Shown here: positions 25,859-34,346 of the stretch, in pieces | How the letters are laid out: each line of letters opens with the position of its first letter | How positions within the stretch are numbered: position 1 is the first letter of the stretch | Virus record (IMG/VR): IMGVR_UViG_2875722834_000006 | Source of the DNA: a virus | Taxonomy: Duplodnaviria > Heunggongvirae > Uroviricota > Caudoviricetes | Reading direction: 5' to 3' (one strand) | DNA length: 42,851 bases | Made by a program: the position numbers and the translations under genes | Notes under the pieces: generated by a model | What the model was told of the DNA's origin: nothing | Database searches by the model: none | Seen by the model: only the letters and a program-made list of their open reading frames with translations

Positions 25859-26758
25859 TTACGCGTTTCCAGGAGGGACATGCCAGACTCTTCGGCCATC
25901 CTCATGGTTCTCGATAATCTTGGCTGCTGTACTGCCACCAAAAGTGTGCATATAGCTATGATGTATCGTTAACACAATATCTTGTAATGCCTGATCTGCT
26001 TCCATCGGTATGATTTTCAAACCAATTTGGCTAGCTTTATCACTGTGAATATGACGTGCATGAGCAAAAGTTGAACTGTGGTTATTCAGGCTTGAACAAA
26101 TAGCTTCAGCCTTTTGCTGGGCATCTGGATCCCCATCAAACATACCAGTAATTAGCCATTCACTGACAATTGTTGTTGCCCATTGGATTGCCTTTTCACA
26201 CTCACCAATGAACGTCGGATTGAGTTTAGACAGTGTAAATTGCCAATACGCAGCAGTCGCAGGGTTTTTAATAATATCTTGCATAGCCTTCTGCGCTTCT
26301 TCAATCACGCCATGTGCTGGCACGCCACCGATTTGGGGATCGAAAGGACCGATATTTGATTGTTTCCCCATGATGATTTCTTTTGCACAACAAGCCAACA
26401 TAGTCCCTGCTGACATAGATATCATGGGGACAAAAGCACGGATATCGTTACCGAACTTAGCTCTCAAGTAATAACCTATCGATTCTAAGGCGGCGATATC
26501 CCCACCAGGTGTATGCAAAATGAGATCAAGCCCCTTCGTGGCATCGAGCCCATGAACCGCTGTCATGAATCCATTTTTATCATCATCAGACATAGTGCAT
26601 AAATGCGAGCTATTCTGAAGGAACCCCGAGTAGTACGCAATGACGTTACGTCCGGTCATCTGCGACATCTCTTTGATATATTTGCTTCTTACTGTGTCTA
26701 GGGGGCTTTTTTGGGCGAGGACTGCAACCTCGCCCATAACATGATTCCAATTAGGCAT
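25859..26758 (-). CDS. Clp-fold serine peptidase (SDH / S49-S14-like family), cargo gene
   Basis: LILHTPGGDIAA and MISMSAGTMLA motifs resemble ClpP/SppA fold; low GC; separate from head protease. Confidence 0.55.
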   Translation of the reverse strand: MPNWNHVMGEVAVLAQKSPLDTVRSKYIKEMSQMTGRNVIAYYSGFLQNSSHLCTMSDDDKNGFMTAVHGLDATKGLDLILHTPGGDIAALESIGYYLRAKFGNDIRAFVPMISMSAGTMLACCAKEIIMGKQSNIGPFDPQIGGVPAHGVIEEAQKAMQDIIKNPATAAYWQFTLSKLNPTFIGECEKAIQWATTIVSEWLITGMFDGDPDAQQKAEAICSSLNNHSSTFAHARHIHSDKASQIGLKIIPMEADQALQDIVLTIHHSYMHTFGGSTAAKIIENHEDGRRVWHVPPGNA

Positions 26759-26772
26759 TGTTCATCTTATTG

Positions 26773-26982
26773 TTAGTATGAATACAGTTGGTACGATGCA
26801 TTTCCTTGTTGATTGTAATCAACATTTTCCAGGTGAGAACCTGTCGAATAAATCACACCTTTTTGCCCAGAACCAACTGATGAGGTACTCATTACTCTGC
26901 GACCAAAATCAGTTGCTGTTTCGTTTGGCAAAAATTCTGCGGGGGTGATACCAAAATCGTCATAAAGCTGGTTTATGTTCAT
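26773..26982 (-). CDS. Small hypothetical protein (69 aa), translationally adjacent to peptidase
   Basis: ATG at 26982 with GGAGAG RBS; 14-nt gap to peptidase start; low GC. Confidence 0.4.
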   Translation of the reverse strand: MNINQLYDDFGITPAEFLPNETATDFGRRVMSTSSVGSGQKGVIYSTGSHLENVDYNQQGNASYQLYSY

Positions 26983-27064
26983 GGCTGCGCTCTCCAACAA
27001 ACTACATGTAGTAAAAAAACAACTTCGGCACACAACATGTAGATTTCACTAAGGGATAGATACG

Positions 27065-27086
27065 AAAAAACCTCCCAAGTGGAGGT
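27065..27086 (-). terminator. Intrinsic terminator (CCTCC-CAAGT-GGAGG plus U6 on minus strand)
   Basis: Stem 27071-27075/27081-27085 followed by TTTTTT on minus strand. Confidence 0.65.
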
Positions 27087-27292
27087 CAAGATTGCTTTAG
27101 TTATGCGCTAAATATGGTCTGAACATACGTTATATGCAATCTTTTTTGCACAGATTAGTGGTGTTTCTCGGAGATTTCTTGACTTTTTTTGTTGTAAGTG
27201 CAGCTTAACAACAAATTCCTATGAATGTATAAACAGTATCTTTTTATGTTGTTATGGTCGCCGGGTAATCCCATCCACTTAGTACGTGAAAA

Positions 27293-27318
27293 TGAAAAAC
27301 CCGCTCGCTGGCGGGTTT
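27293..27318 (-). terminator. tR'-like intrinsic terminator downstream of Q-like gene
   Basis: Stem CCCGC/GCGGG (27300-27304/27311-27315) with U-tract on minus strand about 100 nt after Q stop. Confidence 0.55.
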
Positions 27319-27410
27319 ATATACTCATGGCAACATATCAAATTAGCTTTAAATATCGCTTATTTTGTTGCATTTTGCAAGCCTGATTGAAGACGTTAGT
27401 GAAATTTACT

Positions 27411-28103
27411 TCACATTTCTACCACTTTCGCTTCTTCATACTCTTCGTACCGCGCCAGGCTTTCACATAACGCCACGCTGTCCATTTCCACGAAAGCTGC
27501 TTTAAATGCTGTCCAGTGAGCAGCGTATACCCTTAGCCAAGTTGAACGCTCCACGCTCACCATGCGGGCCAGTGCAGCCCCCGCATACTCCTGGTACGTA
27601 TCGTTATTGCGTGATGCCGCAACTTCCTGGGCCGCGAGCCAGACCAACCCCACTAATTTTTTTGTGACTCTGTCTTGGAGCTTCTTACTCCCCTGCTGAT
27701 GCTGAAACTGTGCCCAAACGTACTGGCACATTAACGTCTGGTACCGGAAAGACAGGTCATACCCATAGCAATACCTCACCCATGCCTGCAAATGCTCCCC
27801 CAGACCATTCACCGAACGACGCCATGCTGAACAAGCGAACTCCGTATCCTTAATAGGCGGTAAAGGTCGACGACGGCTCCTTGTCTCAAGAACATAAAGT
27901 GGAGTGGCCAGCGTTTTTACAACCTTGGATCCACAACCTTCCCCACCCTCCATGATGATTTCAGGATGGTGCCGGGGGTATTTGTTCTTATCTGCTGGTG
28001 GATGCTCACTGAACGCCTGCAGCTGTCCTTTTGTCGATCCTGATAAATCCGCCAGCGCGCGGCGCAGTTCAATCCGTGTAAATTCCAGTTCTTGTAAATT
28101 CAT
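27411..28103 (-). CDS. Late-gene antiterminator Q-like protein
   Basis: Position immediately upstream of promoter/terminator region preceding lysis genes; family assignment from memory of Q-family prophage proteins, not verified. Confidence 0.45.
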   Translation of the reverse strand: MNLQELEFTRIELRRALADLSGSTKGQLQAFSEHPPADKNKYPRHHPEIIMEGGEGCGSKVVKTLATPLYVLETRSRRRPLPPIKDTEFACSAWRRSVNGLGEHLQAWVRYCYGYDLSFRYQTLMCQYVWAQFQHQQGSKKLQDRVTKKLVGLVWLAAQEVAASRNNDTYQEYAGAALARMVSVERSTWLRVYAAHWTAFKAAFVEMDSVALCESLARYEEYEEAKVVEM

Positions 28104-28124
28104 TATGCTCAGCGCTCCATACAA

Positions 28125-29186
28125 TTACGCTTTTGTTATTACGCCGATCGCCAGCGCTCGATTCATAAATCGGAATAGCAGCTCCAGCTGGGTACCGTGT
28201 TTTTTCTCGAACGCTGCAACATCAGCATGTAATTTGTCGTGACACTCTCTGCACAGAGGGATCACGAACAAATCGTGGGCTTTAGTGGCGGTACCGCCCA
28301 TGCCGTGACCAATGACATGGTGTGGATCATCCGCTGGCCGCCGGCAACCTTCACAGGGCTGGGTTTTAGCCCACCGGGTATAGTCCTCATTCACCCACCT
28401 GCGGTGTTTTGGGCGCAACATGAATGATTCAGGGGATTCAGGATCCGCATGCAGAGCCAGAACCTGTGGCTGGTCATAGGCCACTTCCTGATTTGTTCCA
28501 TGCTTTAAATGCGCAGCCGTGACCGCAGGGGTGACCTTCTTCTGCAAAATGTTTTTTGTCGGTGGCATCGGCACAATGTCACTTTCGCGATATACGGATA
28601 AAAACGGCTCATCCGGTAAGCGAAGCGCATGCTGGGCCATCCTTTCCGTGATTGCATCAGCAATGCCTGAGTAAACGGCCCACCAGCACAATTCACCGAG
28701 GGATAGTTCACGCTCGTTGTTGTAGCCAAGCGAAGACAGGATAGAACTGATCAGCCAGTTAATGAGATTACGCCGGGCCAGTTCTGCCAGCGCCGCGGTG
28801 GTTTGCTCGCGCAGCTGGTTATCGCAATGCCAACAGAGCAACATTGATCCAGGGGGATGTCGCATCGTTACCAGCTCATGATGGTGATAATTAGTGTGCG
28901 GGTACTGGCATTCCTTCACGTTACGCTCTAGCCAGGATTCCAACCCGGACAAACCGCCTGCTGCACGGATAACTCTCTCGTCGGTGAAGAATTCCTCGAG
29001 GGACTTATCTTCTGCCAGCGGCTGCCGGGCATCAGGGACGAGCCCCGACGGAAGCCCAGCCATGCTTTTTGGCTGAGGCTCCACCAGCACACGCCCCTGT
29101 TGAAACAAAGACATCAGTTCGCTACCCGGCTTTAACAGCACAAGCCCAAGGCGCGGAACAGTCTCGGCTGTAAACAGTCCTCTCAC
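28125..29186 (-). CDS. DUF968-like protein with C-terminal HNH-type Cys/His motif
   Basis: C-terminal HHVIGHGMGG...CRECHDKLH motif; GTG start overlapping upstream stop; typical location near Q in lambdoid prophages. Confidence 0.5.
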   Translation of the reverse strand: MRGLFTAETVPRLGLVLLKPGSELMSLFQQGRVLVEPQPKSMAGLPSGLVPDARQPLAEDKSLEEFFTDERVIRAAGGLSGLESWLERNVKECQYPHTNYHHHELVTMRHPPGSMLLCWHCDNQLREQTTAALAELARRNLINWLISSILSSLGYNNERELSLGELCWWAVYSGIADAITERMAQHALRLPDEPFLSVYRESDIVPMPPTKNILQKKVTPAVTAAHLKHGTNQEVAYDQPQVLALHADPESPESFMLRPKHRRWVNEDYTRWAKTQPCEGCRRPADDPHHVIGHGMGGTATKAHDLFVIPLCRECHDKLHADVAAFEKKHGTQLELLFRFMNRALAIGVITKA

Positions 29187-29875
29187 GCGGCATGCCCCTT
29201 AGCGATGTGTGCCGTCCACAGGCCGCCGATCCACTCGATGCCTTTGGGTGTAAAACGTGCCTGGCTAAAGGCGTAGTTTGTTTCGCTCGTAGTGCCAGTT
29301 TTCACTTCAAACCGCCCGGCAGCAATGTGCTGGTGCCGAGGTGTCAGCACTCCACTGAGCCGGTACAAAATGCCGCTCTCAATGAGGAACAAGCGGAAAT
29401 CGGTCTCTTTGGCCTGCAACAGCTTTGCCACCTGGCGGAAAGACATTGAGCCTTTGGCAGTACAATATCGATCGACAAACTCAACTTTCGGCGCGGCAGC
29501 GGCTAACTGCTGGCTGAGTTGTTCTTTCTGCTCGGCCAGATCCGCGGCGAGACGTAATGCCTCCGGCAATGTTTGCGGGACACTTACGGCCTGGCTGTTC
29601 TCCAGCTCTTGCCAGCGATCGACAACAGCGGCGGTAAATTCTGGCGACAGCCTGGCGACGATCACCAGAGAATCACGTTTGTTAAACCAATACTCCTCGT
29701 AGGTTTGCCCGTTTTGCGGGTGTGTGTAGGGGGTGTGCGCCAACGGCGCGGTTAAAATACCAGCAGATGCAAGGCGCTCAGCTGAGCGCTTCACATCACC
29801 ATGTTTGCTCTGCACCAGCCTGGCAATTTCACGGCTGGACATTGTCACAACACCCTTAGCGGTTAACTGATTCAT
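29183..29875 (-). CDS. Rha-family phage regulatory protein / antirepressor (KilA-C/ANT C-terminal domain)
   Basis: N-terminal VTMSSREIARL...KHGDV motif of Rha family; start at ATG 29875 with GGAG RBS. Confidence 0.7.
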   Translation of the reverse strand: MNQLTAKGVVTMSSREIARLVQSKHGDVKRSAERLASAGILTAPLAHTPYTHPQNGQTYEEYWFNKRDSLVIVARLSPEFTAAVVDRWQELENSQAVSVPQTLPEALRLAADLAEQKEQLSQQLAAAAPKVEFVDRYCTAKGSMSFRQVAKLLQAKETDFRLFLIESGILYRLSGVLTPRHQHIAAGRFEVKTGTTSETNYAFSQARFTPKGIEWIGGLWTAHIAKGHAA

Positions 29876-29889
29876 GCTATTTCTCCATA

Positions 29890-31827
29890 TCAGGCGGCTG
29901 CACCCGCCTTTTGATTTGCACATAATTCAGGAAGATTTGCTTCTACCAGCGCACGAGCGAACGGCGGCGGTACTGCGTTACCACAGCGCGCTACCTGCTT
30001 GTCTTTGGCGTAACGATTGCCGCGATAGTCCTGATCGATAACGTAGCCGTCAGGGAAGCCCTGCGCCTTATAAAGCTCATGCGGTTGCAGCATGCGCATT
30101 CCGATATCGACGATCTGGTACTTAACCCCCTCGATCGTCACCAGCCATTCATCCTCGCTATCACCGCAGTAGGTTTCGAGGAATGTCCGGACCTCGCCAA
30201 CGTGCTGGCCACCAGCGGTAATCGTCGGCATAGGTGTATCCATGGTCTGACCGTCGCGGCAGGTTCCGCGCAGCTTCACCAGGTGCGACGCAACTACCGC
30301 GTGGTGATCAACAGTAGTGACTGAGTGGGCAGGCTCATCCATACCAACACCCGGCCCCGTGTAATTCCCACCATAGTGCTTCGCCAGGAACGCGCTCACC
30401 GTTGCAAACTTATTACCACCAGCAGTGACCGTGCCGAGCGGGTTATTCAGTTGAAGAACACGCGGTTCTTGCCCTGGGCGTTCGCCGTACCCCATCTGGA
30501 TCAGTGTTGGAGTTACCAGCTGCGACTTACCGCCACCACCTGCAGTAATCGTCGCACTCGGTTCGTCAGCCCTGTGCCCAACACTGGCTCCAAACTGGCG
30601 GGCGATGACCGGCGCAACCACGCACGCGCGGGACTGCTTGAGGATTGTATGAGCGGGTTTATCCAGCGGGCGCGGCTTTGCCTGGTACTCACTGCCGCCA
30701 TTGCCAGCCAGGAACGGTGTCAGGGCGGCCTCAACTACGCCAAGCGCATGCCCATTCCCGCCCGGGCGCGCCGACGTACCAGCGGTGACAGTTGGTACCG
30801 GCTCGGTCACTGGCTGCCCGGTGGCCCCGGTGCGGAATTTAGTAAGATGCGGTACCGCCAGTGCGTAGCCATGCTTTTTAGTGATGGTCTGCAATGGCTC
30901 TAACAACGATTGCCCGCGGAAACAGTCATAACCTCCTTTCGTCGTGGTGTGGTTACACTTCACGATGAAAGGTGATGCGCTTTCGATAACAAAGCGCTGG
31001 ATGCCGCGCGCGATACGTTTGAGCGTATTTTCCGCCAGCGGCTTTTTGCGGTCGAAGATGGACCGGGCCGGGATATTCCAGTCAATGCACTCCGCCGCGG
31101 TACGCCATGGCGCCAGCTTGCCGCTTTGTACTTCCAGTGATTTTGGATCCCCATGAGTCGCTTCAGGCCAATGAATCTTGCGGCCGTCACAGCGCATGAC
31201 CATGAAGAAACGCTTTCTGATCGTCGGCGCGCCGTAGTCACATGCGCGCAGCTCCCGATAATCAACCTCATAACCAAGCCCGGCGATCAGCTGTTGCGCC
31301 TGCTGGCCGTGCGGCTCAATGGCAAGGAATTCACAAACCTCAGCCAGCGCAGGGTGATTCGCCGCGATCCCCGTCGACAGCATGCCGACAAATGCCTCGA
31401 ATGTTTCGCCAGCACGCTCAGGATCTGGGCGTAATTCTTCATCCAGCAGCGGGCCCCATGTCTTAAACTCTTCGACGTTCTCCAGCATCATGACGCGGGG
31501 ACGTACTGCCAGCGCCCAGCGCAGGACAATCCACGCCAGCCCGCGAATCTCTTTCTTAACCGGCTTAGCGCCCTTCGCCTTGGAAAAGTGGCGGCAGTCA
31601 GGGCTAAACCAGGCCAGACCGACAGGTTTACCGCTGGTGGCTGCGCTTGGGTCAACGTCAAACACCGACTCGCAATAATGCAGCGTGTCAGGGTGATTCG
31701 TCTTATGCATCGCAATAGCGTTTTCGTCGTGGTTGATAGCGATATCCACGCTACGCCCGATCGCCAGTTCAATGCCGGTACTCGCGCCGCCGCCACCAGC
31801 AAAGTTATCAACGATAATTTCACGCAT
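29890..31827 (-). CDS. DNA (cytosine-5)-methyltransferase with extended, internally repeated variable region
   Basis: Motif I FAGGGG, PC motif (SPDCRHFS), ENV (MLENVEEF), motif VIII (YGAPTIRKRFFMV), motif X (GNAVPPP); four T(I/V)TAGG-containing modules between VIII and IX. Confidence 0.85.
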   Translation of the reverse strand: MREIIVDNFAGGGGASTGIELAIGRSVDIAINHDENAIAMHKTNHPDTLHYCESVFDVDPSAATSGKPVGLAWFSPDCRHFSKAKGAKPVKKEIRGLAWIVLRWALAVRPRVMMLENVEEFKTWGPLLDEELRPDPERAGETFEAFVGMLSTGIAANHPALAEVCEFLAIEPHGQQAQQLIAGLGYEVDYRELRACDYGAPTIRKRFFMVMRCDGRKIHWPEATHGDPKSLEVQSGKLAPWRTAAECIDWNIPARSIFDRKKPLAENTLKRIARGIQRFVIESASPFIVKCNHTTTKGGYDCFRGQSLLEPLQTITKKHGYALAVPHLTKFRTGATGQPVTEPVPTVTAGTSARPGGNGHALGVVEAALTPFLAGNGGSEYQAKPRPLDKPAHTILKQSRACVVAPVIARQFGASVGHRADEPSATITAGGGGKSQLVTPTLIQMGYGERPGQEPRVLQLNNPLGTVTAGGNKFATVSAFLAKHYGGNYTGPGVGMDEPAHSVTTVDHHAVVASHLVKLRGTCRDGQTMDTPMPTITAGGQHVGEVRTFLETYCGDSEDEWLVTIEGVKYQIVDIGMRMLQPHELYKAQGFPDGYVIDQDYRGNRYAKDKQVARCGNAVPPPFARALVEANLPELCANQKAGAAA

Positions 31828-33154
31828 TGACGGCCCCCTGCATGCTGTTGAAGAGACCACCAGCGGTCGTGATAATTTCACTCGTCGGCATACGTTCGAG
31901 CCACAGCTGGTTGATATTGGCTTTCAGCTTGTTCTGCTGCGAAACAGGTAGAGCGTCAGCCCCTTCAATCTGGTTAAACACCAGTCCAACCTCAAGAGGC
32001 CAAACGCGCGATTCGTTTAACGCCTTGTCCTTTGATTCCTGCGTCTCACGGACATGGGCGCGGATCCCCCGAATATTTGACCATTTGGCTTTATCCAGGC
32101 TTTCCATGGTCGCGATGAATTCACTGTGGTTAATGCCGTATTCTTTCGCAGACTCAACGGCAACCGTGCGTAACCGCTCTGACATGTCTTGTTTCACGTC
32201 ATCGCTATCAAAGGGCAATGTTTCCAGCCATGCATTAACACCCACCAGGATGCTCTCGCTGATCAGCTTTTTCGCTCTGTCGATCGTCAGCGGTGAAACA
32301 TTGGTAAATTCAGGGTTTTCCAGAGAGTCGGCAGCCCAGGTATGACCAAACTTTGACTCGCTGAAGGTGTACTCGTCTTTCTTGCCGAACGCCGCGACAA
32401 CACAGGCCCAAGCCTCTACACCGCTGGTTTCCAGAATGGCTTTTTGGGTTAATGGCAGTTCTGCCTCTGATTTCTCCGGCACTACCTCAGCGTCCAGCTC
32501 CGGCGCCGCATCAGTTTGCGTTCTTCCCACGGCAAATTGGGCCAGCGACATCGCAGCACGGCCTTTGGCCTCCAGGTCGGTGCGGTTGATGTAACTGAAA
32601 CGCTCACCCCGCCATGTTTTGTCGAAGACCACGATAGCGCCAGCAAAAAATGCGCTGGTGGGCTGCTGCTTTTCGTCTTTCGGCACGAACCATGTAGGAA
32701 GATCGAAACCAATTCGGCCACGGATGAATGTGACGTGATCTGCCTCTACCGGCCACCACGTTTCACTCGTCGCAGACTTAATGAGAAAAACGTACCGACC
32801 ACCCTTTTCTCGCATGGCCATAGCGTGGTTAATGATGTGGGTCATTCCGGTAACGGCCTGCTTGTCGTGGTACTGAGAGCGGCTGTAAGGCGGGTTGCCA
32901 AACCCGGCACCACCGAGTTCTGCCAGCCGCTCTGACCAATCCTGCATCAGGGCATTATCTTCAGCCGTGTACCATGCTGGGCACTTCGCGTTGCTGTCGT
33001 CGGCAAAAAGGTCCAACACCAGAGGGCCGAACATCGCATTGATCCCCCAAAACAACAGATCCGGAGTGCGCCATTGATCACCGACCTCTTTCAACTCGTG
33101 TGCTGGTTTTGAACGGAGTTCAGCCAGTGCACGGCAGTATTTATTTTCCATCAT
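31820..33154 (-). CDS. Phage-type DNA N6-adenine methyltransferase (Dam family) with about 250-aa C-terminal extension of unknown function
   Basis: N-terminal DQWRTPDLLF and NPPYS motifs characteristic of phage Dam family; long uncharacterised C-terminal half. Confidence 0.7.
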   Translation of the reverse strand: MMENKYCRALAELRSKPAHELKEVGDQWRTPDLLFWGINAMFGPLVLDLFADDSNAKCPAWYTAEDNALMQDWSERLAELGGAGFGNPPYSRSQYHDKQAVTGMTHIINHAMAMREKGGRYVFLIKSATSETWWPVEADHVTFIRGRIGFDLPTWFVPKDEKQQPTSAFFAGAIVVFDKTWRGERFSYINRTDLEAKGRAAMSLAQFAVGRTQTDAAPELDAEVVPEKSEAELPLTQKAILETSGVEAWACVVAAFGKKDEYTFSESKFGHTWAADSLENPEFTNVSPLTIDRAKKLISESILVGVNAWLETLPFDSDDVKQDMSERLRTVAVESAKEYGINHSEFIATMESLDKAKWSNIRGIRAHVRETQESKDKALNESRVWPLEVGLVFNQIEGADALPVSQQNKLKANINQLWLERMPTSEIITTAGGLFNSMQGAVNA

Positions 33155-34005
33155 CCTCTGAACCCCTCTGGAATCTTGCTATCAACCGGACCGAACTTCA
33201 TCGGGTCATGTTTCTTTTCACCCCAGCTGTCACGCGGTGGCCGCCCCTTCTTGTCCCAGCGGATCCCGCTTTGCAGATAACCTTCAAATTTTTTCGGACC
33301 GAAGAGCGTTTCAGGACGCATGTACTGGTACTGCACGTCATTGCCGTTCCAGTGCTCATGCTTAAGGTCGATCACCAGCTGTAAGTCGCTAACGGTGTAA
33401 CCTTCACGCAGACGAGCACGGATGTTTTCCAGAGAAGTTTTTGATTTTTGGTATCGTGAGCCACTAACCAGGTTCAGATGATTCAGAACCAGGATGGCGT
33501 TATCGGTGATCATCACTTCAGGGTCTGGTTGCGGCGCAACCGGACAAGAAGGTTTTTTAACTGATGGATCAGTAGTTGTATTTACTGACGGATCCCCCCC
33601 AGATTCTGACGGGTGAAAACCGCCTTTTTCATCGTTTTTTGATGCCTCAGATTTTGACGCGTCGGTTTTTGAGGCATCAGATTTTGATGCGTCAGAATCT
33701 GACAGGTGAGAAAAGGCAGCAGCCTGCAATTTAGCAACATTGAGCTGGTAAACGTTCGATGCATTTCGGTTGCCTTTACGGCGCTGCTGGCGGGTTAACC
33801 AACCATCTTTTTCCAGCTGAGATATGGCTGTACGAACCGTGCTCTCACCAGCACCAATCTGGCGCGCGATGGTAGCGATGGAAGGCCAGCTAACCCCTTC
33901 ATCACTGCTGAAGTCTGCCAGACGCGCCATGATGGCAACGCTGGATAGCTTCATGCCAGAAGCGGCACAAGCATCCCAAACGTAACCCGTTAATTTAGTG
34001 CTCAT
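33151..34005 (-). CDS. Replication initiator-like protein (N-terminal winged HTH, central SDASK repeats, conserved phage C-terminal domain)
   Basis: HTH segment GVSWPSIATIARQIGAGESTVRTAISQLEKDGWL; DNA-level iteron-like repeats inside gene; position after cro/CII-like genes. Confidence 0.65.
   Translation of the reverse strand: MSTKLTGYVWDACAASGMKLSSVAIMARLADFSSDEGVSWPSIATIARQIGAGESTVRTAISQLEKDGWLTRQQRRKGNRNASNVYQLNVAKLQAAAFSHLSDSDASKSDASKTDASKSEASKNDEKGGFHPSESGGDPSVNTTTDPSVKKPSCPVAPQPDPEVMITDNAILVLNHLNLVSGSRYQKSKTSLENIRARLREGYTVSDLQLVIDLKHEHWNGNDVQYQYMRPETLFGPKKFEGYLQSGIRWDKKGRPPRDSWGEKKHDPMKFGPVDSKIPEGFRG
33640..33710. repeat. Iteron-like repeats (GCATCAGATTTTGA(C/T)GCGTC and inverted partner) inside initiator gene; candidate ori
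   Basis: Repeated TCAGATTTTGA units at about 33647 and 33678 with flanking inverted TTTTTGA(T/G)GC(C/A)TCA. Confidence 0.45.
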
Positions 34006-34014
34006 GGTCGTCCT

Positions 34015-34341
34015 TTAACTCTGTAAACTTGCGCTTGAATTGTTCGAGCGGGCTGAAACATTCGTGGTCATATCCATCCCGCAGGTAGATAACTCGTTGA
34101 GTCTCTGGCTCCCACCTGATAACCCGAACGGGGATCCCTCTGTGGTCTTTGAACCTTCGGTTAACTTCGCGCTTAAGCGTTTCGCCTTCCTGTAGTAAAC
34201 CCCCACAATTGCGACCGCCCGACTGTGGTTACATGGCACCCAGCGGTTTGCTATTCTGCGTTCATACCGAAACAACGGAGCGCCCGGTACCGGGATCATC
34301 CTGAGTTGCGGCAAACGGTTAAAAGCCGTTAAACTGGTCAT
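34015..34341 (-). CDS. Questionable hypothetical ORF (108 aa)
   Basis: Open frame filling gap between CII-like and initiator genes; atypical composition, no RBS evident. Confidence 0.2.
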   Translation of the reverse strand: MTSLTAFNRLPQLRMIPVPGAPLFRYERRIANRWVPCNHSRAVAIVGVYYRKAKRLSAKLTEGSKTTEGSPFGLSGGSQRLNELSTCGMDMTTNVSARSNNSSASLQS

Positions 34342-34346
34342 GCGGA

